This document shows, piece after piece, positions 1 to 9,569 of a stretch of DNA of 64,000 nucleotides. Location: the NCBI GenBank assembly GCA_963767925.1, contig CAVYGB010000001.1, positions 384,001-448,000 of the forward strand, in the 5' to 3' direction. The translations under genes and the position numbers were made by a program. Below the pieces are notes generated by a model. It saw nothing but the letters and a program-made list of their open reading frames with translations. It made no database searches and was not told the origin of the DNA. This stretch comes from an uncultured delta proteobacterium. GTDB taxonomy: Bacteria > Myxococcota_A > Polyangia > Fen-1088. Position 1 is the stretch's first letter. Each line of letters starts with the position of its first letter.

Positions 1-140
1 GAAAGCGCCTTGCCGCCGTCGGCGGCCGTCCCGGGCGCGTCCTCGACGCCGCTCTGCGAGGCGCGCGCTCGTACGCCGATGCGGACCGGGTGATCAACGA
101 CATCCACCGGCGCCAAGTCCTGAGTCGGGAGATGGAGTGA
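1..140 (+). CDS. 3' end of a probable AAA+ ATPase (IetA-like), partial at window edge
   Basis: Frame 3 is open from the window start to TGA 138-140 and reads ...LRGARSYADADRVINDIHRRQVLSREME*, resembling the C-terminal lid helix of AAA ATPases. It stops 1 nt before the S8 protease ATG. Confidence 0.55.
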   Translation, partial: KRLAAVGGRPGRVLDAALRGARSYADADRVINDIHRRQVLSREME

Positions 141-141
141 G

Positions 142-2538
142 ATGGCCGAGCGCCGCACGGTGGCGCCCCGCACGTACTTCCTGAACGAGACCCACGAGCA
201 CGCCAGGGACGATCGTGAGGGCGGCGGTAACGTAGCCGAGTACGCGCGGATCGACTGGGTCGCGAAGGGGGAACGTCTCGCGAAGTCCTTGCGGGTTGCG
301 CGCAGGGCTGCTGCCCAGAGCTCCGACCCTCTACGGGAAAGACGCCTGTTTCTCCTCTCGCGTCCCGAAGCGAAGGTAGAGAAGGTCTCGGCGGCGAAGA
401 AGGCAAAGGACGGGCGCATCGAGATGCAAACCGACATCGGCGGTGAGCACGCGAGGGTGTTCGAACGCCTCGGCCTGGACCTCCTTCGGCTGACCGCTGA
501 CGGAGATGCGCTGGTGCACGCCAAGACCGAGACCATCGAGCAACTCGAGACGACCGCTGCGCGGCTCGGGGATGCCGGAAAGCGCGAGAAATCCCGCTGG
601 GCTCTGCTCTCGGAGTTCCGTGTGCCTCCGCTGGAGACGCGGGTCGACGTCGACTGGCTCGCAACCCTCGATGACAAGATCGCTCACGAGGTCATCATCG
701 AGCTGCAGCCGGTCCTGACGCGGGAGGAGTACGATCTGGTGAGCAGGGCGGTTCGGGACCTTCTGGCCGGGAGCCCGCTGGACGAGGTGGTGGGGGCTGG
801 ACGCGATCTCTCGGGCAGGCGGTGGCTTCGCGCGCGCCTTGGCAAGGCGAGCATCAAGCGCCTCGGATCCGGCCTCCAGTCGCTGCAGTCCATTCACGCC
901 CCGCTACGGTCCGTGGCGTTCGCGGGCCCCGCTGCCCGGCCAGGTACGCGATCTACGCCGCCGCACGCGATCCCGAGCCCCAGCGGTGTCGACCTACCAG
1001 CGGTCGCCGTCGTGGACGCGGGGATTCCCCGAGAACACAAGGTGCTCGCGGCGTTCCGTCGGGGCGAATACCGACACCCCGATGCCGATCAAACCGACGG
1101 TGGCGACCACGGCTCGCGGGTCGCCTCACGCGTTGTGTTCGGCGACGTCGACGCAGGCCGCGCCGCTTTCGTTCCGCCGCCGGGCGCTTGCAAGTTCCTG
1201 GACGTCGTCGTGCCATGCATGCCCGACGGCAACGGACGCATCGAATTCGATGACAAGGCCATCTTCGAAACCCTTCGAGAGGTGGCCCGCAACTACCGCG
1301 ATGTTCGCGTCGTCAACATCAGCCTCGGTACGTACCAACCGCTCGCGCGGATGACCGAACAGCAGCGGCAGGGCCGGCTCGATGAGCTGCAAGATCTGGA
1401 CAACTTCGCGTTCGAGCACGATGTGGTCGTCGTGGTTGCCGCGGGGAACACTGCCCCGGGCGTGATCCCGAACCTCGCTTACCCGGACCACGTGGACGAG
1501 CCAGACTGGGGGTTGGGTTCACTCAGCGCGGGCTTCAACACCCTGGTGGTGGGCTCCTTCGTCGGCCAGCCGAACACCGATGGCGTGGCACGCCGACCGG
1601 GATGGCCAAGTCCATTCACGCGCATCGGTCCCGGGATAGCCGGCGCGCCGGTTCCCAACCTGTCGGCCTCCGGAGGCGACGGCGACACGAACTACCGGTT
1701 TCGGGCGGGGCTGGGCGTCTGGACGCTGAGCCAATATGGCGACTGGGAGGATGCACCGGGGACATCCTTCGCTGCGCCGATCGTGGCGCGCGAGGCGGCG
1801 CTGGTAATGCAAGCGTTGCATCGCCACTGCGGCCCAGGGATTCAGCCGTTCGCTGCCCTGGTGAAGGCTTTCTTGTCGCTCGTTGCCGGTCACCGGTCCC
1901 CGGACGGACGATTCCCGTCCGGTGTGCAGAGGCTCGTCGAGAGGACGCTCGGACGAGGGCTCCCCAGCGCCGATAGATTGGCGTTGGTGCGGCCGGACAC
2001 GGCGGTGCTTCTCTGGCAGGGCACACTGGAGCGCGCTGGGCATGTAGCCCGGGTGCGCGTGCCGGTTCCGCGGGACTGGTTGAGCGAGGCGAAGGCGCCG
2101 CGGCTGCGTACCGTTGCGGCCTGGAACGGGCCCGTGTTCGCCGGCGCCCCCGGCGTATGGGGCTGTCGGCGGGTGAACGTTCGGCTGCGTCCAACGTTGG
2201 GCGGCAAGGCTCTCGTCGCGAGGGGCGCGGCGGTGGGCGCGTACCCGATCGTGGACCGCACGGACGATCTCGGCGAGGAGCACCTCTCGCGCCTGCAGAT
2301 CAATCTCGACTCGGACGAATGGGTCATCGAGCTCGACTACAACGACGTCGGGCCGTACCCGCCCTTTCTTCGAATCGATGAGCAGCAGAGGGTCGGCCTC
2401 GCCATCGAGTTGTTCGACGCGGCCGGCGTTGTGAGCCCGCAGACGGCGCTGCAGGCGATGCCGATGGTGAAGACGATGATCCACCTCGGCGGTGTCCGGC
2501 AGCCAATCTGGGCGCCCGTTCGCATTCTGACTGGTTGA
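142..2538 (+). CDS. S8 subtilisin-like serine protease (IetS/Y4bN-type)
   Basis: Catalytic motifs VAVVDAGI (Asp), DHGSRVAS (His), AAGN (oxyanion Asn) and GTSFAAPIVA (Ser). No signal peptide; 798 aa. Confidence 0.92.
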   Translation: MAERRTVAPRTYFLNETHEHARDDREGGGNVAEYARIDWVAKGERLAKSLRVARRAAAQSSDPLRERRLFLLSRPEAKVEKVSAAKKAKDGRIEMQTDIGGEHARVFERLGLDLLRLTADGDALVHAKTETIEQLETTAARLGDAGKREKSRWALLSEFRVPPLETRVDVDWLATLDDKIAHEVIIELQPVLTREEYDLVSRAVRDLLAGSPLDEVVGAGRDLSGRRWLRARLGKASIKRLGSGLQSLQSIHAPLRSVAFAGPAARPGTRSTPPHAIPSPSGVDLPAVAVVDAGIPREHKVLAAFRRGEYRHPDADQTDGGDHGSRVASRVVFGDVDAGRAAFVPPPGACKFLDVVVPCMPDGNGRIEFDDKAIFETLREVARNYRDVRVVNISLGTYQPLARMTEQQRQGRLDELQDLDNFAFEHDVVVVVAAGNTAPGVIPNLAYPDHVDEPDWGLGSLSAGFNTLVVGSFVGQPNTDGVARRPGWPSPFTRIGPGIAGAPVPNLSASGGDGDTNYRFRAGLGVWTLSQYGDWEDAPGTSFAAPIVAREAALVMQALHRHCGPGIQPFAALVKAFLSLVAGHRSPDGRFPSGVQRLVERTLGRGLPSADRLALVRPDTAVLLWQGTLERAGHVARVRVPVPRDWLSEAKAPRLRTVAAWNGPVFAGAPGVWGCRRVNVRLRPTLGGKALVARGAAVGAYPIVDRTDDLGEEHLSRLQINLDSDEWVIELDYNDVGPYPPFLRIDEQQRVGLAIELFDAAGVVSPQTALQAMPMVKTMIHLGGVRQPIWAPVRILTG

Positions 2539-2567
2539 GGCCATCTCAGTCCAAGCTCGGCCTCAAC
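2534..2567 (+). terminator. Hairpin overlapping the S8 stop codon
   Basis: GTTGAGGCC (2534-2542) and GGCCTCAAC (2559-2567) form a 9-bp inverted repeat. There is no U-tract. Confidence 0.3.
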
Positions 2568-2835
2568 ACGGAGCAGGCCTTTCGGTTGGGCAGGATCCTC
2601 ACCCCCTCGTCTCCCCCGGCGATATCGCCACGGAGCGTCGGCCTCGCCTCATCATCTTCCTGTTCCCGTGCGCTGCCACTGCGACGCCCATTGCTGCGAG
2701 GTCCACAGTTCGGCCTTGCAACTGCGTTCTCCATCCCGTACAGGAATTGAAGAGCCCGGATGGGCTCTCGTACCCCGATCGGGGACGCGAGGGGCTGACG
2801 CCCCGTGGACAAACCCATTGCGTAGGAGGCCAGAC

Positions 2836-3346
2836 ATGGCAGCGGTACCGTCCGCCCGGAGTTTCACGACTCATCACTCAAGAAGGCGCTCGAGGAAAGC
2901 GCACCAGCGATCGAGTCCTTCACCTCCCGGCTCGACCGATTGTCGAATGACATCAAGGCGCTGGAGGGTTATCTCGAGAAGTCCTCCATCCGAGTTGCGG
3001 TGAGAGTGAAATTTCCCGGACCCGAGGAAGAGCCGGACGAGTTCTTGGCTTGGATACCGAAGGCTGACCAGGACCGCTGGCGCGTGGTGTACGAAAAGGG
3101 CTCCGGGCGCACGTTCCACCAGGACGATGAACACTTGGTGCGTTGGAAGCGCCGTTGGAGATACGTGTGCGCGCCCGGCCGCTGCTGGCGGAATTCCTCC
3201 GAGCGGTGGCAAAGGTGGCCATGCTGGGTGACGCCGCCGTGCCCCCGAGGCGCCAGAAGAACAGTGGGCGATGGGGAGAGGCGCCTGAGGAGGCCGCCGA
3301 GCCGTCGCCCGACCCCCGGCCGAGCGATGACGACATTCCATTCTAA
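2836..3346 (+). pseudogene. Hypothetical protein ending in DDDIPF, split by two apparent frameshifts
   Basis: AGGAGG at 2824-2829 and ATG at 2836. Protein-like text continues in the next frame (EFHDSSLKKALEESAPAIESFTSRLDRLSNDIKALEGYLEKS...) and again from ~3143 (LEAPLEIRVRARPLLAEFL...PSDDDIPF*). Confidence 0.65.
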
Positions 3347-3366
3347 GCAGCGGCCGGGGCACCACC

Positions 3367-3567
3367 ATGTATCACACTCTGCGAATCGAGGTGCCGGCAG
3401 GAACCGAGCCCTTCACGGTCCTGCTCGAGATTCGCGGCCAAGCTTCCGCGACTGGTTCTCACACTGCGAAGGGGGCCATTGCCGGCGGCGGGGCCGTCCG
3501 AAGCGCCGCCGCGCGGCCCGCGCGGCGAGCAACTCTGGTTGCGATACGACGGCGCCGAGTGCGATGA
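3367..3567 (+). CDS. Small hypothetical protein
   Basis: 66-aa ORF with ATG 20 nt after the previous stop; beta-strand-like N-terminus and basic tail. Confidence 0.4.
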   Translation: MYHTLRIEVPAGTEPFTVLLEIRGQASATGSHTAKGAIAGGGAVRSAAARPARRATLVAIRRRRVR

Positions 3568-3893
3568 GCACGGCTGGAGGCTGATGAAGTTCTAGCGTGA
3601 AGGCGGGTTGCCGGCGAAATCCTCGGTTTCCTCGGTCATCGCAACTACCCCGAGTCCGCCGACACGCTCGCGATCCCGCGCACCCTCCGGCCGACAACCA
3701 GCAGCTCAACCCGTACGCCTGGTGCCCGCCGCCCCGGCGGCGCGCAGAGTCGGCCCGACCGGCGCGTCCCCACCCCGCGCAGGCTGGCGCAGCCGTCAAC
3801 CTCGGTTGGAGGGCCACGCCGCCTCCGGCGAGCCCCTTTACACCCGTGCAACTGACCAATCAGGCGACAACTATCCCTACCGCGCACGGGTTT

Positions 3894-4391
3894 CTACGGA
3901 TTCCGATGGCCATCAACAGCACCTCCTCGTGCAGGACGCCAAGGCTCCGTGGCGCTGCTGCGGATCGAGCCGAAGAGCCCGATGGCGAGCGCTCGGGCGG
4001 TTTCGAGCAACAACACCACGGCGGTGACTCGCGGAAGCCCCGAGGCCACGACCGCCTCCCGGAGCTGGCGCGCGAAGGTACGCGTAGTTTGGTCCCTTTG
4101 GGACTGCGCTGTCTCGGCTCTCCCCGCCAGGCGACCGTACTCGTAGCCAAACTCGAAGAAACGCGATTCGCGCTCGAGGCGAAGCGCGAAGAGGGCGTCG
4201 GAGTACGCCACCCACAGATCGCGGTCCGTGATCCTGTCATCGATCCGCTTGACCAAGGTCCGAACCCTCCGGGCCAGGCGCTCGATGGCAGGTAGTTGGT
4301 CGACAAACTTGTCGACGTCGACGGGTTGGGTTCCGGCCGTCCTTATGGTGTCCGCGTGGTAGCCGCGTCGCTGCTTTCTTCGAGCGTTCAT
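3894..4391 (-). CDS. Hypothetical protein, divergent from the XRE regulator
   Basis: Helical protein-like composition; GAGGA-type RBS upstream of the ATG at 4391. Confidence 0.65.
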   Translation of the reverse strand: MNARRKQRRGYHADTIRTAGTQPVDVDKFVDQLPAIERLARRVRTLVKRIDDRITDRDLWVAYSDALFALRLERESRFFEFGYEYGRLAGRAETAQSQRDQTTRTFARQLREAVVASGLPRVTAVVLLLETARALAIGLFGSIRSSATEPWRPARGGAVDGHRNP

Positions 4392-4426
4392 GGTCAACCG
4401 TCCTCTGTTTCCATGTCGTGGCTGAC

Positions 4427-4501
4427 AGCCCTCAGGCTCTGCAATGAAGCCTATAGGCTCACTGTAAAGCCCATCGGCTCTGGATGCAAGCCGATGGGCT
4501 C
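4427..4501. promoter_or_regulatory. Array of four palindromic operator boxes AGCC-N4-GGCT(C)
   Basis: AGCCctcaGGCT 4427-4438, AGCCtataGGCT 4448-4459, AGCCcatcGGCT 4468-4479 and AGCCgatgGGCT 4489-4500, with 21/20/21 bp spacing, in the divergent intergenic region. Confidence 0.8.
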
Positions 4502-4516
4502 ACTACGCTCGCGGCG

Positions 4517-4923
4517 ATGGCGAAACCTCGAAAGCGACGCTCGGCCGCCGCCCTCGGTGCAGAGCAGGTGGCGATCGAGCGAAAGCTTCGCGAGAGCTTG
4601 CCTGGGCTCATCCAGCGGGAGCGAGAGGCGCGCGGACTGACCCAGGAGCAGCTCGCCGACAAGGCGGGTATCCATTGGACTACGGTCGGAAGATCGAGCG
4701 AGGCAAGCAGATACCCAGTGTGGCGCTCCTGGCTGTGCTGGCCAGAGGATTGGACGTAGGCCTCATGGACTTGCTCGCCCCTGCGCTGCCCCCAGGGGCC
4801 GGCGCTCCGGGCGGGGACGATGAAGACGCGCTCGCGGAGCTGACGAGAACGCTGCCGAAGCCGGAACGGCGGAAGCTGCTCCCGGTGATCCAGGCGCTGC
4901 TCAGGTGGAAGGAAGGTCAGTAA
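4517..4923 (+). CDS. XRE/Cro-C1 family HTH repressor (apparent 1-nt deletion at ~4689)
   Basis: REARGLTQEQLADKAGIHWTTVG joined to KIERGKQIPSVALLAVLARGLDV in the next frame gives a canonical HTH_3 domain. Adding one G to GTCGGAAG restores the frame. Confidence 0.85.
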
Positions 4924-5060
4924 CAGGCGGTGGGAGATGACGGCACGCCTATCAGGGATGATGCCACCGCCAGCGCAATGCTGGGCATGAGTTCTTCCGA
5001 TGAGCAGAAGTGGCGGAACTGGCGGAACTGGTGGCGGTCGGAGATTCTCCAGGAAAATCC

Positions 5061-5576
5061 CTACGTTCGCCCCGTGCGGCAGCCGCCGGATGTTGGCCCG
5101 CCAGTGGGGGACACCGTGCCTGAGGCATGGCGGCCATCGCCTGCGGAGATGGCTTGGCGGTGCTGACCATGTTGAAAGCCCAACTCAGCGGTCGCTGCAG
5201 CGATCTCCTCGTCGTTCAGGCCGAGTGGGATCCCAAATTGGCCGAAGAGTCGGCGCCACGACATCGACAGTCCGTCGAGAGAGGGCAAGCCTCCGACAGC
5301 GAGAGGATCTCTCGGAGAGTTTCGGCGGATCCGCAGATGGGCCACCAGGGTCGGCCACCCGCTCGGCCGAATATCCGCTCTGAATCCGAGACAGTGCACC
5401 TCGAAGTAGGAGTGGGCGTGGAACACCTCCACCTGCGGCAGCGCTGCGAGCCGCGCGGCGAGGCCGGCGACCCCGTCACCCCTGAGGAAGACCGCCATGC
5501 TCAGGCTGGCGGGCGCATCCCGCCAAACGAGGCATCTGTAACCGGCAACGGATCCAAACCGGAGAGGCTCAGTCAC
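5061..5576 (-). CDS. Hypothetical protein
   Basis: GTG start overlaps the stop of the upstream 472-aa gene (GTGACTGA), suggesting translational coupling. Confidence 0.5.
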   Translation of the reverse strand: MTEPLRFGSVAGYRCLVWRDAPASLSMAVFLRGDGVAGLAARLAALPQVEVFHAHSYFEVHCLGFRADIRPSGWPTLVAHLRIRRNSPRDPLAVGGLPSLDGLSMSWRRLFGQFGIPLGLNDEEIAAATAELGFQHGQHRQAISAGDGRHASGTVSPTGGPTSGGCRTGRT

Positions 5577-6987
5577 CTTCGTGACCCTCCGCTCCGTCGC
5601 CTGTGCCCTGATCCGGCCGGGAGCCGGTCGAACCCTCCGGTGTCGGCCACGTCAGCGCGTGCAGCGTCTCCCCCGCGAGCTGGAGGACCGTCAGCTTGTC
5701 CTTGCGGGTCAACTTCGTCCAGGGCGTTCGGCGTGCAACGACCCCCGCAAGGGCTGCCAGGTCGCCCGCATGCGCAAGGGCGGATGCCCAGAGGGTCGCT
5801 CCGGCTGCTTCCCCATCCACCGGCGGCGGATCGATTACCTGCCCAAGGGCGTGTATGGCCATGCCGGTCATCACGGCCCGGTGATCATGCGGTAGTTGAT
5901 CCCACGTTACGCGCGAGGCGAGCGAAGGAGCGAGTCCGGTGAGCGTCTGGGTGTCAAGGGTTCCGAACAACGCCGCGCCGAACGCCGCAATCTGGGCGTC
6001 GGAGACCTGGCCAGCCGTTTCTGCTGTTGCTCGGGCCCGATTCGGATCGTCTGGTGGGCGCTGCTCATCGGCCACGGGGGTCTGCTGCCCGCCTCGGGCT
6101 GCACGATAACGCTCGGTCATCTCGGCGCGCTCGTTCTCGGGTACGTTCTGCGCCAACCACACGTTGAACATCGCCTCGTCCATCGAGGCGAACATCTTTC
6201 TTTCCTGTTCCTGAGCGAATTCATTGGGCGATTGACCGAGCTTCCCGTTCGTCAGGTGGTGCAGAGCGAGCGGGACAACGTCGAGCAGCTTCTGAAGCAT
6301 GGCGCCCTTCATTTCCTCGGCGTGGCCCTCCTTCATCCCGCGAATCTCATGTTCCTGCTGTTGAGCCTGCAGCGCGATCTCGCGCTCGAAATGCCCGCTC
6401 GCAAGTTGCTTCTGGATCGTGAAGATCTCCGCCTGCTGCCCATGGAACTTCTCGAGCATCGCCTTTTGAGCGGCGATGATGTTCTGCTGGGCATCGATCG
6501 CACCTCCGAACCCTTGAATGAAGAGGCGCATGAGCCCTTCGCAGTGTCTCTGCTCCTGGGCAAGCAGGCCACGGAGGGACGCTGGCTCGCTATCGACGGC
6601 GCCGAGCTGCTGATTCTGACCCGGGATGTTGTAGCGGAGGGCGACGCTGCCCACTTCCTTTCCTTTGACCTGCGCGCGCAACAGGTATCGTTGCATGCCG
6701 CCCATCTCGGAGGCGTCGTCGGAGGCTTCCGCGTCGACAGACGCGACGATCTTCCCCAGCTCGCGGGGATCCGGACGATCGGGGCCGATTCGCCACGTTC
6801 GAAGTGTGCGCTGAGACTGGTCCACGGCTGCGTGGACGAGCGCCAAGGTGAGCTGCTCGTTTTCAGGGAGCCCTCCCGGCTCGAAAAGCGCGCCCAGCCA
6901 GCGCGACATCCGCTGCTCGGTCGGCGTGAACGCCGCTCCCACCGTCTTCATCGGGAAGGTCATGTTCGAATCGAAGTATGGAGACAC
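5569..6987 (-). CDS. Hypothetical protein with central Gln/Glu-rich coiled coil
   Basis: 472-aa ORF with natural amino-acid composition. Start is uncertain (6987, 6963 or 6951). Confidence 0.8.
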   Translation of the reverse strand: MSPYFDSNMTFPMKTVGAAFTPTEQRMSRWLGALFEPGGLPENEQLTLALVHAAVDQSQRTLRTWRIGPDRPDPRELGKIVASVDAEASDDASEMGGMQRYLLRAQVKGKEVGSVALRYNIPGQNQQLGAVDSEPASLRGLLAQEQRHCEGLMRLFIQGFGGAIDAQQNIIAAQKAMLEKFHGQQAEIFTIQKQLASGHFEREIALQAQQQEHEIRGMKEGHAEEMKGAMLQKLLDVVPLALHHLTNGKLGQSPNEFAQEQERKMFASMDEAMFNVWLAQNVPENERAEMTERYRAARGGQQTPVADEQRPPDDPNRARATAETAGQVSDAQIAAFGAALFGTLDTQTLTGLAPSLASRVTWDQLPHDHRAVMTGMAIHALGQVIDPPPVDGEAAGATLWASALAHAGDLAALAGVVARRTPWTKLTRKDKLTVLQLAGETLHALTWPTPEGSTGSRPDQGTGDGAEGHEGD

Positions 6988-7032
6988 GGATCGACTGCGG
7001 GCAAGCTGTAGGCCCCGTCTTTCGTCCTTCCC

Positions 7033-7093
7033 GCGACGACTGCGACGACTGCGACGGCAACGACGTGAACGCGCATTTGCGACGCTGACGCTG
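7033..7093 (+). repeat. 9-bp-period direct repeats (GCGACGACT-like)
   Basis: GCGACGACT, GCGACGACT, GCGACGGCA, ACGACGTGA at 7033-7068, plus TGCGACGCTGACGCTG at 7078-7093. Confidence 0.7.
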
Positions 7094-7230
7094 GCACTGA
7101 GGGCTACGACGATGAGCTTTCAGTCCTGCGGGCCCGCCCTCCGAGTCTTCCTTGCGCGCAGGCTGCAGTTTGGCCTGCGCCTGCAGTCGGCAGCGTGACC
7201 TGCTCGAGTCTCGCGATAAAATCGCCAGTC

Positions 7231-7804
7231 ATGAAACGAGAGCGTGCTGTGCAGGCTGCAGGCGGACGGCCGAAAGAGTCCGACCTGTTGTTGCGCGGAC
7301 AGGTCGCGCTTCTGCTGGGAGTATCGGAGAAGGAGGTGGAGCAGATGCACGGCCAGGAGCTGCACCCGTCTCAAGACTCCGTCCGGCGATGGCGTTATTC
7401 ACCGGCGGAGGTCGCCCGACGGGTGAGCGGAGGAGTGCTGTCATCACGGGACGAGGGGAAGACGACGGCCGCGGCGTTCGCGATGTTTAGGGAGGCGAAG
7501 ACGCTGGCTGATGTGGTGATTGCCCTGGAGCTTCCCGTCGGCCAGGTTCGCCGGATGCGGACCGAGTACGATGCTTTGGCCGGAATGGTCTCGATCTGGC
7601 CAGGAGGACATCGCTGCATTACGGGAGTTGCTGGGCGGAGACGTGCCGCAGGAGGGGGCCGCCCTCGTTTGCGCGATGACAGAGGCAGTCCAGAGGGCGT
7701 ACGCGCGAGGTTACGGCGACGGCAGGAGCGAGGCAGAGGACTACGGCGAGATCATCGATTTCTCGACGGGCCAGCGGCGCCGTGTCCCGCCCGACCCTCG
7801 CTGA
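7231..7804 (+). CDS. MerR/Xis-like HTH protein (apparent 1-nt insertion at ~7597)
   Basis: LLRGQVALLLGVSEKEVEQM...RWRYSPAEV looks like a winged HTH. It continues in another frame as GQEDIAALRELLG...GEIIDFSTGQRRRVPPDPR*. Confidence 0.7.
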
Positions 7805-8084
7805 TTTCTGGCGGTCGAGCACCAGCACCCCGGGGCTGCGGTCGAGCTGGCGGCGCAAGGTCCGGCGGGGCAACTCGCCGGGCGTCGGCGTAGCGCTTGC
7901 GGGGAGTGCGCGGGCGGCGTTCGCTCAGGGCGGGCTCTGCCGGCCAGAGCCGCGTCTCAGGCTCACCACCACGCTTCGAGGGGTGGCAGACGAATGGGGT
8001 AGGTGAGATCGGCGCCACAGGCCCAGCCGCGTGCGCCCCGACGTTCTGTGACGTGTTCGCTCATGTTAGCTTTCTCCGCTGTCC

Positions 8085-8807
8085 ATGAGCACGCGCCGCC
8101 CACTCGAAGAAGGACGCAACGGCTGGGACCCCGACAAGACCCGCGATGCCCTGATGCGGGCGATCTTCGGCCCGGATTACAATCCGTCGGAGGCCCGGCC
8201 GGTGCCCGAGGAGGAGTACGCGAAGGGCGTGCCACATGGGCCGGTGATGCTCTCCCTGGCGAACCTCCTGTTCACGTATTGGTGCACAGAGCAGGACGGC
8301 CACCCTCTGCGACAGATGTTGCTGACGACTCGGTCCGTCTAGGCGGAGCTGCACAGGGTCCACGAGAAGTTCAAGGAGGCGGACGGGTATTTCCCGCAAA
8401 GGCTCGATCCCGTCCTCCACCACCTGGGCGAGCATCCGCGAACATACACCGTGGCCGGGAGGACAATCAGCGCCGCCGACTTGATCTACGAGGGATCCGA
8501 CTACATCAACGATGCGTTCGAACGGCTGCGCCAGTGGCTGGCCGCGCTGGAAAGGGCGCTCGGCGATGAGCCACGGTACGAGGAGCTCCGCTTTCTTTCT
8601 GAGATAGAGGTTCGCGATCATGTCATCGAGACCCTGCGCGATGAAGGCCTCTCGTACCGCGAGATCGGGGCGGTCATCTACCCGGACGACTTCGCCCGGG
8701 ATGAAGAGGCCGTCAAGCATCGCATTCGGATGACCATCACGCGCCTGAGGGAGCGGCGCGGAAGGGCTGGACAGGACCGCGATGAGCTGGCGTCGTCGAA
8801 GGAATGA
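8085..8807 (+). pseudogene. Hypothetical protein with C-terminal HTH, interrupted by in-frame TAG at 8340-8342
   Basis: ORFs 8085-8342 and 8451-8807 share a frame and the text between is open and protein-like (AELHRVHEKFKEADGYFPQRL). LRDEGLSYREIGAVI is an HTH signature. Confidence 0.7.
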
Positions 8808-9347
8808 ACGCCACCTCATGGCCGCCCCAGGCAGGTCTCCGGTGCGCGGCTGTGGCCAGAATCCGCTGAACGACTCTGCGGCGGCGTTTTCCTCGGGAGC
8901 ATGGCGCACGACCTGGGTAGCTGGGTAGTGCCCCCCGACGGGAACGCGGGCAGGCGCACGGCTGTGCTCGCTCGCCTCGGACACGCCCCCGCCGCGTAAG
9001 CGCTCTGAACCCGAGAGATTCGGGGCACCGGCTCACGCCGGTTTCTGATCTGCTCGGTCGCTGGTCACCCGTCTCGCTACCCGTAGGCACGACGAGGGCC
9101 GGTCGGCTGTTCACCCCACCGGCAGATGGAAATCGCCATGATCGTGCCCGGGCACAGCGCGCGTGAAGAAGTTGTGCATCTTGGCAGGTGGCCTCCGGTG
9201 ATTCATAGCTGCGCACCGGAGGTTCGAACATGCGCAAGGAGTTCTTCTTTCTTGAGCACACGGGTCCTTGGTGGCCCGGGCCGGTCATTGCCGCGGTTGC
9301 CGCGGCAGCAACGCCGTCGAGCGCGACCACTGCCGAAAGGAACGGCG

Positions 9348-9569
9348 ATGCCGGCTAGGCGGAATGACTTTCTGCTGGTGGAGGAGATCGCGGAGGAGTG
9401 TCGGGTGCCGCCAAGCACCGTCAGGCACTGGCTGAGAACGTCTCGCATGCCCAGCGGGAAGTTGGGGCGGAGGCGCGTGGTCCGACGGGAAGACTTCGAA
9501 AGATTCCTGCGACAGGCCGGGATTCCGGAGCCCGGGACGCCGGGTCCGGACGGAGGTGAGGCGAAATGA
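9348..9569 (+). CDS. Excisionase-like HTH_17 DNA-binding protein
   Basis: FLLVEEIAEECRVPPSTVRHWLRTSRMPSGKLGRRRVVRREDFERFL; ATGA overlap with the primase gene. Confidence 0.85.
   Translation: MPARRNDFLLVEEIAEECRVPPSTVRHWLRTSRMPSGKLGRRRVVRREDFERFLRQAGIPEPGTPGPDGGEAK

Noticed and set aside
3575..3640. CTGATGA...GAAA resembling a hammerhead ribozyme core
   Set aside because: Stem II and stem III cannot be paired convincingly.
4930..5166. 78-aa ORF with WRNWRNWW
   Set aside because: The pattern comes from the DNA repeat, and the ORF overlaps the end of the opposite-strand gene.
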